Shown here: positions 39,576 to 47,051 of the stretch, in pieces
How positions within the stretch are numbered: the first letter of the stretch is position 1
Layout: each line of letters opens with the position of its first letter
Assembly (NCBI GenBank): GCA_964558645.1
Contig: CAZLEV010000010.1
Location: 32,001-96,000 of the forward strand
From: an uncultured archaeon
GTDB lineage: Archaea; Asgardarchaeota; Thorarchaeia; Thorarchaeales; Thorarchaeaceae
Reading direction: 5' to 3'
Length of the DNA stretch: 64,000 bases
The notes under the pieces: generated by a model
Told to the model about the DNA's origin: nothing
What the model saw: the letters and a program-made list of their open reading frames with translations, nothing else
Databases searched by the model: none
Program-made: the position numbers and the translations under genes

Positions 39576-40916
39576 CTACCCATCCTCTCCTTTATCACCG
39601 ACCCCTCTCAGAACACCGGAGAGGATTCCAGCGATGACCAGTAGGAAACCTCCAAGGAGCGTAAAATCAACAAGTGACAATCCTTGGGTCAAGAGCCATC
39701 CCCCTGCACCTGATCCCAAGGCAAAGCCGATGATGCCCAACGTCTGAAGCACCGAGACAATCTCGTCGGAACCGGAGGCATGCAGATGTTCGTGTTCATG
39801 ACTAGAAATTACGAAGGGGAACCCAGCGGTGCGCCCTAAGAAATGGTGCCTATGTGAATGACTGATTGTCTGGTTGGATGCTAGCTCCATAGCAGCGTCA
39901 TTTCTTGCGGGCTCCAAGAAACCCTCTGAGAGCCCCGCACCTGCCAACAGTGATGTGAGAACCAAGAAGGAGGCGGCATATGGATAGGCAATCACGATGA
40001 GCCCCTTGGCGACAAGACTCAACACCAGAGGGGCTCTATTACCCGTTCTGTCAACGAGTCTTCCAGTGTAGAGCTGAGAAACCCCCCAAATAGCATCCCC
40101 AATCAGGTATCCCAGTCCAATCTGTCCTATGGGTACGCCATTATTGTTAATCAGAACTGAGAGTCCGGGTGTATAGATACCATGCGAGAAATCATACAGA
40201 ACATAGACAATCACGAGCACAGCTAGTCCCTTTGACTTCACTGAGCGCAACAGCAATCTGATATGACTATGACCATGGTTTCCCTCACGATCCCTCTGGG
40301 AATAGATATCGATTCCACTGATAGATGGTATCAGCACCATCATGCACAGCACAAACCCCACCGATGTCAAGACCCCGAGGAACATGATGGCCTCTGCCTG
40401 GGTCAGCGAGAGAAGCGTTTCAATCTGTCCGATGATTGCTCCTGCGGAGCCTTGGCCTAGGGCAGAGCCCAGGAACACAGCTGCCAGAAGAGTGCCTACG
40501 GATTCACCACGGGACTCTTCAAACCCTGATGAGACCCGAATGATGATGATGGTCAATAGCCCTGTTGCAGCGCCCTCTGCAATCCTTGAGAGAAGAAGGG
40601 GTTCCATTGTGGATGAGAAGCCTGTGGCAAGAATGAAGACTGCCAATAAGGCGCCGCTCACTCCCAGGCCCACCCGGTGCCTCGAGAATATCCTGGCCAG
40701 CACAATCAAGCCCAGTACTTGTCCGAGGGAAGACAACGAGCTTCCCCAGGCTATGATTGTTTCCGTTCCTCCGAGATTGAGTATCTGAAACGGAAAGAGG
40801 AACCTCAGAAGGCCTGCCACAAACCCGAAAGAGAAGATCAGGATGAATGCCCTGCGGATGATCGGTTCTCTCAGAACTAGCCAATCGCTCTCATTGACAG
40901 TGCCGTCCATCTTCAA
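39576..40916 (-). CDS. MFS transporter with His-rich loops
   Basis: About 12 TM helices, GRLVDRTGNR motif A; loops NHGHSH and SHSHRHH..HEHEHLH. Confidence 0.85.
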   Translation of the reverse strand: MKMDGTVNESDWLVLREPIIRRAFILIFSFGFVAGLLRFLFPFQILNLGGTETIIAWGSSLSSLGQVLGLIVLARIFSRHRVGLGVSGALLAVFILATGFSSTMEPLLLSRIAEGAATGLLTIIIIRVSSGFEESRGESVGTLLAAVFLGSALGQGSAGAIIGQIETLLSLTQAEAIMFLGVLTSVGFVLCMMVLIPSISGIDIYSQRDREGNHGHSHIRLLLRSVKSKGLAVLVIVYVLYDFSHGIYTPGLSVLINNNGVPIGQIGLGYLIGDAIWGVSQLYTGRLVDRTGNRAPLVLSLVAKGLIVIAYPYAASFLVLTSLLAGAGLSEGFLEPARNDAAMELASNQTISHSHRHHFLGRTAGFPFVISSHEHEHLHASGSDEIVSVLQTLGIIGFALGSGAGGWLLTQGLSLVDFTLLGGFLLVIAGILSGVLRGVGDKGEDG

Positions 40917-41055
40917 TTCCGCCCAGAATGTAGATGCCCCTCTCCCTTAGTTCCCTGATAATCCATTCCATAGGGCGGTCACTAGCGGGTGTTGTAGTCA
41001 TGCGGCTCGTCATGTCGTATTGCAACTTCATCGTTCCAGCGAGGTCGGCTGCTGC
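40900..41055 (-). pseudogene. Degenerate mvhD fragment
   Basis: 41015-41055 is 39/41 identical to mvhD 42736-42776 and reads AADLAGTMKLQYDMTSR before decaying. Confidence 0.7.
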
Positions 41056-41292
41056 CTGTCGCAACCTATCGAGAGTTTCGGAAGGTTATAGGCTTCGTTC
41101 AGCGGAGAGAGGCCAGTGGACTCTATTTCGTTCCCAGAGATAGCAAGAGCCTCTGAAAGATGCGTTCTAACAACCCAACAAAAGCATGAACAAATCCATC
41201 ATCCAAACCAGTGATTGATCTTGCAGAGAGGCTACGAGAATGTCACGAGGAACGTTTCTCAGAGAGTTAAATAGGTGCGATGAATTAGCCCG

Positions 41293-42204
41293 ATGTTGTT
41301 GAATCGGATGAAATCAAAGACAACTCTCACAGTCACATACCCCATTGTATCTGCACTCCTGAAAGCTGACGAGTTCTTAGGCTCCAAGTCTCAGGGATTC
41401 TCGCATGTCAACGAGATGCAGAAGAGGTTCTTGGAGGAGTTCTATCAGGTGAGTAGAAGTGACCTCTCACGATTCTCTCATGATGAGATTGAGAGCATTG
41501 CCTCCGCGAAGAGTGATGACATAAACAGATGGCTTGAGAAGCGGGGATTCAGCATCAAGCTCGACCCCTTCGATGAGGATGGATTTGGCGTGGCGAGCAT
41601 GCTAAGCATTCGTGGGGACTGGGCAAAGAAGGGAACCAGGTATTCAGTGAAGACCGAGGACGGAGAATACTTCCCCGGGGTGATGATGACCAACTACGGT
41701 CTTGGATATTACCGTGTACCGGAATCCAACCATATGATCATTGAAATCGAAACACGGAACGGGGACCGGGTATACCTCATGATGGTCGAGCCAGGACCCA
41801 CAGACCTGGACCTTGTCGAGCAGGTGGAAACCATCCAGAGCAAGATGAAGCCGGTTGAATCAGAATACAGTGGTGTGGTGTTTCCAAAGGTAGATCTCGA
41901 TATGAGAGGTGAAATTCACTGGATTCTCCATCTGCGGCTTCAGGTACAGGGTGAGCCCCTTCCGTACTATCAGATTGTCCAAGCGCTACAACAGACGAAA
42001 CTGAAGATGAATGAGATTGGATTCCATGTCAAGAGTGCCGTGGCTATGGGGGAAATACTCTCCGCCCCGCCGAAGAAGAAGGAACCCTATATGATTAACA
42101 GACCGTTCCTGATGTGGATCAAGAGACCCCAGTTTGCTAAACCCCTCTTTGTGGGATATCTCGACAAGGATGTTTGGAAGGATCCAGAGGATCTGGAAAT
42201 GTAG
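41293..42204 (+). CDS. Serpin-like protein (short, divergent)
   Basis: DINRWLE, GDW, FPKV, KMNEIG hinge and the serpin C-terminal signature INRPFLMWI..PLFVG. Confidence 0.75.
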   Translation: MLLNRMKSKTTLTVTYPIVSALLKADEFLGSKSQGFSHVNEMQKRFLEEFYQVSRSDLSRFSHDEIESIASAKSDDINRWLEKRGFSIKLDPFDEDGFGVASMLSIRGDWAKKGTRYSVKTEDGEYFPGVMMTNYGLGYYRVPESNHMIIEIETRNGDRVYLMMVEPGPTDLDLVEQVETIQSKMKPVESEYSGVVFPKVDLDMRGEIHWILHLRLQVQGEPLPYYQIVQALQQTKLKMNEIGFHVKSAVAMGEILSAPPKKKEPYMINRPFLMWIKRPQFAKPLFVGYLDKDVWKDPEDLEM

Positions 42205-42320
42205 CGTTTTCTGATTCAGCCGGGGCAAATACACGCTTTCCAGTAATTCCGAGTATTCGGCTGGAGTGCAACTCAGTCAGATCCAGTATTACTTCCTAGC
42301 CTCAGCCCTTTCTCTCCTGA

Positions 42321-42419
42321 AACGAGCCAGACGCAATAACAGACCTGCTGATTCCTGTCTTGGCTGCGGTTTTGTTCTCCATCGCCCTCACCATCATGTG
42401 GAAGAGACGAAGGTCCTGA
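42321..42419 (+). pseudogene. Orphan C-terminal membrane-anchor remnant
   Basis: NEPDAITDLLIPVLAAVLFSIALTIMWKRRRS* (TM plus basic tail), directly after an in-frame stop. Confidence 0.45.
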
Positions 42420-42830
42420 CTACAATCTGATTGGATTCGGCCCGATCTTACGTATCTCCTCGGCGAACTTGTTGACCTCGGCTGCAAACTTGTCACCCTC
42501 GGCAGCGCTGACAAACACCATCTTCACCCGGTCCTCGTTCAGGCCCAGCTGTCCCACGAGCTTTCTCGCAAACCGCACCCGCCGTTCCGCCCCTAGGTTT
42601 CCTGTCTTGTAGGCACAGTCCCCGGGATGGCAGCCCACCACCAAGACGCCGTCCGCTCCCTCCTGCAGCGCCTTCAGGATGAAGTTGATGTCAAGGCGCG
42701 CGGTACATGGCATCCGGATGATCCTCGAGGTCACATCGTATTGCAACTTCATCGTTCCCGCTAGGTCGGCTGCTGCGTACATACACTGCATACAGCCAAA
42801 CGCGACGATTCGCATATCTTTCGGGGGCAT
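42420..42830 (-). CDS. mvhD: Hydrogenase iron-sulfur subunit MvhD
   Basis: RIVAFGCMQCMYAAADLAG, RMPCTAR, GADGVLVVGCHPGDC and VSAAEGDKF. Confidence 0.95.
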   Translation of the reverse strand: MPPKDMRIVAFGCMQCMYAAADLAGTMKLQYDVTSRIIRMPCTARLDINFILKALQEGADGVLVVGCHPGDCAYKTGNLGAERRVRFARKLVGQLGLNEDRVKMVFVSAAEGDKFAAEVNKFAEEIRKIGPNPIRL

Positions 42831-43029
42831 AGGACATCAGGCACCTGCTATCTGTCTTGAAGAGTTGTTCCATTTGCGTGGCATATAACCTTTCAGATAC
42901 TACGAGCTAAGTCTGTGTAGCCGTCATATCAGGCCCCCTCCTTGGAGAAGCAAGGCTAAGCCTCAGAATCCCTAATGGTCTTTCCGCAGCTATGGGTCTA
43001 CTCACACGACTGATTTCGGATGCATGCAC

Positions 43030-43420
43030 CGACCTGTGTCTAGTCGCCAGAGAGTGAGTGAACTCCCTCGATGACCTTCAACTCCCGTGTTCCACCCCTC
43101 TCATGACTGCCGTCACCGGCGAGAGTCAGGACCTCTCCCGACCCCTGTACACGAGCATTGTCCAGCGTGTGGCTGGAAGTGGCTTCACTCCGCTGCAACC
43201 TGATGCCATGGCTGTCAGCTGCCTTGCGGGCGTCCATGGCGGCAGTCGGCTGTTCCACGGTTCTTTCCACGGCGGGGTCGGCAGCGCTCACAGAGTCCAC
43301 AAGGGAGCTCTGCTCATAGCACTCAGCCGCGGACGATCCCGTCGGGCCTGACAGACCCTGAGACCGTTCGGACTTCACGTCAGAGGGACGCACCCTCCTT
43401 CGAGCCTTCAAGCCTGCCTG
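43030..43420 (-). ncRNA. Putative omega-RNA (reRNA) scaffold and guide overlapping the tnpB 3' end
   Basis: Helices 43060-68/43302-10, 43105-12/43240-47 and 43138-45/43274-81 plus local hairpins. The scaffold ends GGGAGTTCAC. Confidence 0.65.
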
Positions 43421-44815
43421 CTCCCGTTTGCGAGGGAACAACCAGCGCTCTAGTCCGTTCTCATCTCTCAATGAAGGGATGAGCCTGATCAATCGGCGCG
43501 CGATGTTGATGGCGCCGTTCTTGTCCGCATTGCATCGATAGCCACAGGTGTGACAGATGAACAGGGACTGCTTGGGTCTCACACCTTTGTGGCCGCATCG
43601 ATGGCAGATGATGGAGGTCCACGACTCCGGGACAGCAACGAGATGCGAGTCCTTGCCGGACACTCTCCAGCCTGCCTGGGCCAGGGAGTGCCTCAGGGCA
43701 AGGGTCACCCGTGAGAAGGACCAGCGGGCCACCATCTTCCGGAAGGACTTGGGACGCCTGCTGTTTCTGTTTGCAGACCTCCGGATGTGGGTCAGTCTGC
43801 CTATGGCAACATAGAGGTTGTACTTCTTGGAGAGCTCGAGGATGTGATCGGTGAGCTCTCGCACAAGCACCCGGTCATGGTCACGGCTGATGTTGACACG
43901 GCGACGGCTCAGTTCTCTGAGTCTTTGCATGACCTCATCATAGTCACGGCCAGCATTCCTTCTCAAATTCATCTCGTGCTGCAGGGAGTCCACCATCTCA
44001 TCATAGCGCTCGATCTGCTTCACCTTCTCGGGCTGGGTGAAGTAGCGGATATACCTCACCCGTTCCCGTGTCAAGACAGCAGAGCAGACAGCCTTATCGA
44101 TACCAAGGTCTATCCCGAGGACAGCCGGGGGCTTCCCGGATATATCCACAGGTGGGAGCCCCAGTCGTACCGAGAAGATGATCCACCATCTCTTCTGTGA
44201 GTCCTTGAGAATCCTGAGGGATGTGACCTCTCCCTCATCCAGCCTGTTCAGATGATAGGAGGAGGGGTTCAACGGAATCATGAGCCGGTCATGGACCCAG
44301 CTGTTTGTCCGTGCAGAGTCCAAGGAGTCAAGGAGGTCGAGCCAGTATTTGGTTTCCTGCTCAGGAGTGTAGACCAGCTTGAACCTACGATTGAACACGT
44401 ACCTGGGAAGCTTCCGTTCTCGATACCCCCGGGACTTCATCGGCATCTCCCCCTCAAGGGCAAGATAGCTGTTCCACATGGCCACCGCAACCTGCCGGCA
44501 CTCCTGTAGCTCGTTCAATGAGATGTTCGGGAAGCGCTCCTTGAAGTCATGGGGAACCGTCAACCTTCGCTTCGAGGGATCTTTGAACCGCTCAGCCGTC
44601 AGGGTCAGCTTCTCTAGCCTCCCCCCATTGATCCGTTTCTTCTTCTTGCCAAACAGCAGGTCCTTCTCGTGGTGGGCGATGACTCCAAGAAACGCCCGTA
44701 TTACCCGGGTGTCTCTCCCCGTCATCCGTGAGAGGCGCTCTCGCTGTCTATCAGTCATGGCGTCCCACTTCACCGGGACCTTCACACTGATGACAACCCG
44801 CTCGGAGTTCGGCAC
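43040..44815 (-). CDS. tnpB: TnpB-family RNA-guided endonuclease with rearranged RuvC-II
   Basis: RuvC-I GIDLG; RuvC-II position VAIGRL (no Glu); alternative Glu in VPESWTS; Zn finger CHRC..CHTC; RuvC-III NADKNGAINIARR. Confidence 0.92.
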   Translation of the reverse strand: MPNSERVVISVKVPVKWDAMTDRQRERLSRMTGRDTRVIRAFLGVIAHHEKDLLFGKKKKRINGGRLEKLTLTAERFKDPSKRRLTVPHDFKERFPNISLNELQECRQVAVAMWNSYLALEGEMPMKSRGYRERKLPRYVFNRRFKLVYTPEQETKYWLDLLDSLDSARTNSWVHDRLMIPLNPSSYHLNRLDEGEVTSLRILKDSQKRWWIIFSVRLGLPPVDISGKPPAVLGIDLGIDKAVCSAVLTRERVRYIRYFTQPEKVKQIERYDEMVDSLQHEMNLRRNAGRDYDEVMQRLRELSRRRVNISRDHDRVLVRELTDHILELSKKYNLYVAIGRLTHIRRSANRNSRRPKSFRKMVARWSFSRVTLALRHSLAQAGWRVSGKDSHLVAVPESWTSIICHRCGHKGVRPKQSLFICHTCGYRCNADKNGAINIARRLIRLIPSLRDENGLERWLFPRKREQAGLKARRRVRPSDVKSERSQGLSGPTGSSAAECYEQSSLVDSVSAADPAVERTVEQPTAAMDARKAADSHGIRLQRSEATSSHTLDNARVQGSGEVLTLAGDGSHERGGTRELKVIEGVHSLSGD

Positions 44816-44877
44816 ATCATTTCACCCAATCTAATAAAGTCCCGACCTGTTTTGGGTCAGGGGGAGTTCACTCACTC
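43052..44877 (-). mobile_element. Non-autonomous tnpB element bounded by 16-bp inverted repeats
   Basis: GAGTGAGTGAACTCCC (43052-67) and its exact reverse complement (44862-77); no transposase gene. Confidence 0.6.
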
Positions 44878-45000
44878 CTTTCTTGCGGAGCGTGGATGAT
44901 AATCTCCACTTTTTCTCCCGAACAATATCTAATAAAGTCATGAAGCCTATTTATGAAATCGCTTCTACTAGGTGATTATGGCTCTTAGAAGCGATTTCAT
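44829..45000. repeat. 13-bp direct repeat and 15-bp perfect inverted repeat upstream of tnpB
   Basis: ATCTAATAAAGTC at 44829-41 and 44927-39; ATGAAATCGCTTCTA (44953-67) / TAGAAGCGATTTCAT (44986-45000). Confidence 0.85.
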
Positions 45001-45116
45001 TTGAGAAATACTTGCTCCTTTATAAGGCACCTCGCTGTGTTCCATTTTACCATCTCACACTTTGCGGTTGATTCATTATCTCCCGCTCCTACTCTCCTCA
45101 TTCATCAGGAGAGTTC

Positions 45117-45635
45117 ATGATGAAGAGAGAAGTGGAACCGAGCCGCGGAATGCTAGCCATCCCGGGCTTTCCTGTGGTCCTAGTCACAGTGGACAGGAAC
45201 ATCATGACAGCAGCCGCCTTCAGCTTCTACTCCTTCAAGCCGCCGAGTGTCATGGTGGGTATCATACCACAGCAGCTGACCTTCGAGTTGATCTCACAAC
45301 GAGGGGAGTTCGGCATCAACCTCCCCCGGGCGGACCAGGTGGAGGCTGTGGACATCTGTGGGAGTATCTCGGGGCGGAAGGCTGACAAGTATGAACGGAC
45401 CGGGCTGACGACCATGAAGGGGAGCAAAATCGACAGCTACCTGATAGCAGAGTGTCCCGTGAACTTAGAGTGCAGGGTGGTCCACGAGGTGGACTTCGAG
45501 GGCACGCATCACTGGTTCATCGGAGAGATCCTGACTGCCCATGTGGACGATGAGTATGCCCGTGATGACGCTCTCATGTTCTGGGCCCGTGAGCTGCGGG
45601 GTGTGGGAGAAATCATTGTTCGTAAAGAGGACTGA
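45117..45635 (+). CDS. Flavin reductase family protein
   Basis: FPVVLV, EFGINLP, CGSISGR, ECPVNLEC and GTHHWFIGEI. Confidence 0.88.
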   Translation: MMKREVEPSRGMLAIPGFPVVLVTVDRNIMTAAAFSFYSFKPPSVMVGIIPQQLTFELISQRGEFGINLPRADQVEAVDICGSISGRKADKYERTGLTTMKGSKIDSYLIAECPVNLECRVVHEVDFEGTHHWFIGEILTAHVDDEYARDDALMFWARELRGVGEIIVRKED

Positions 45636-45683
45636 CAGACGGCACGCCCGCTTCTCTCTCTTCCTGTGGGAGATGTTCTGTAT

Positions 45684-45941
45684 TCAATATGGCTCGTCCT
45701 CATCTCCGAGGTATTCTGATCCCATGGCAACCACGATACCTGCAACCACCATCCCGAGGAGCATAGAGGGAAGCAGGGCGTCCCAGAATGCTGGCCAGTA
45801 TTCTCCGCCGAAGCTCTCGCTGATGGCAGCAAAGACGCCGGCGAAGGCCGCACCAAAGAAGATTGAGGTGATGACGAAGCATCCACCTACGATTTTTGCT
45901 CCTGTGTTCAACCTAACCACCCCTCCACGGTTTGCTGTCAT
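45684..45941 (-). CDS. Small membrane protein
   Basis: Two TM helices and an acidic tail. Confidence 0.55.
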   Translation of the reverse strand: MTANRGGVVRLNTGAKIVGGCFVITSIFFGAAFAGVFAAISESFGGEYWPAFWDALLPSMLLGMVVAGIVVAMGSEYLGDEDEPY

Positions 45942-46056
45942 CGTATTTCTATCTTTCAGTGGTCAGGCTGTATCTCGGACGCAAAAAGTCACAGAGATAG
46001 ATGGCAGTTCATCCTCTCTGAGGCATCATACGCCGAGAAAGAGAGGCGAATCTACA

Positions 46057-46974
46057 ATGCAGGAGACCGACCATCTTTCCTACTATGCAGCACAGAGCTG
46101 GGTCACAGACCCGGGCGAGTCCGTTGATCTCTTTGAGGGGCTTTCCAGAGAGATCGAGCTGCTCCGACGGGTGTGCCAGAACATCTTCGTGCACAAGTGG
46201 ATTCTGAAGTACAACGGCAAGCGGGCCTATGGTGTGGGCTTATCCGACTTCGAGGCTGCTGGAAGGACCCCAGCAGATGAGTACAATCAGGTCAAGGTGA
46301 GCGAGCCCTTGCAGTCTCTGCGAGATATGGATGATACCCCTCTCACATCACCGCGTCCACCCCTGTCCCGAGTGATCGGGAACTGCAGGCACTATGCGGT
46401 CATGCTGACCTCGATACTCCGACATCAGGGAGTTCCCGCCCGTGCCAGAAGCGGGTGTGCAGGTTATCTGGAGCCCCGCGATCCCGAGTTCTTCGTTGAC
46501 CACTACGTCACAGAGTACTGGCATGAAGACGAGGGGCGATGGATTCTTGTGGACGCCCAGCTCGATGAGGGTCAGATGGAAGCCTTCGGTATCGAGTTCG
46601 ACCCGTGCGATGTCCCGCGAGATGAGTTCGTGCTGGCAGGAGAGATATGGAGGATGTATCGCGCTGGTGAGGTGAATCCAGACAAATATGGCATCGAGGG
46701 AATAGTGGGACCCGACTACATCAAGTTCAAGGTAGTCAATGATGTCGCATTCCTCAACAAGGAGGAGGTGCTGCCGTGGGACGGATGGGGGCTGGGTGAG
46801 AAGCCCCTGAATCAACTCGATGAACACGAACTCGACCTCCTCGACACACTAGCCTCACTGTCCATCATGCCATCAGGTGAGGAGTTCAGGGAGATACGTA
46901 GGATCTACCAACAAGATGACCGGGTCAGGAAGCCAGCGGGCTATGAGAGCGTGAGATGGGAGATGACGAGATAG
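46057..46974 (+). CDS. Transglutaminase-like domain protein
   Basis: GNCRHYA (Cys), DHYVTEYW (His) and WILVDAQ (Asp). Confidence 0.88.
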   Translation: MQETDHLSYYAAQSWVTDPGESVDLFEGLSREIELLRRVCQNIFVHKWILKYNGKRAYGVGLSDFEAAGRTPADEYNQVKVSEPLQSLRDMDDTPLTSPRPPLSRVIGNCRHYAVMLTSILRHQGVPARARSGCAGYLEPRDPEFFVDHYVTEYWHEDEGRWILVDAQLDEGQMEAFGIEFDPCDVPRDEFVLAGEIWRMYRAGEVNPDKYGIEGIVGPDYIKFKVVNDVAFLNKEEVLPWDGWGLGEKPLNQLDEHELDLLDTLASLSIMPSGEEFREIRRIYQQDDRVRKPAGYESVRWEMTR

Positions 46975-47051
46975 GTATCGTTTCGTGGTCTATAGCAATA
47001 TTGAACACTCGTATTCCCGATATTCTAATAACCTTCAGAGCATAATGTAGG

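Noticed and set aside
42420-42830. Selenocysteine recoding in mvhD (and in the hdrA-mvhD part at 62832-64000)
   Set aside because: Both frames are open with Cys codons and contain no in-frame TGA.
43040-44890. Target-site duplication around the tnpB inverted repeats
   Set aside because: The flanks (..GCCAGA and CTTTCT..) are not direct repeats.
45541-46056. N-terminal extension of the transglutaminase ORF
   Set aside because: It overlaps the flavin reductase end and an antisense membrane gene; the likely start is the ATG at 46057.
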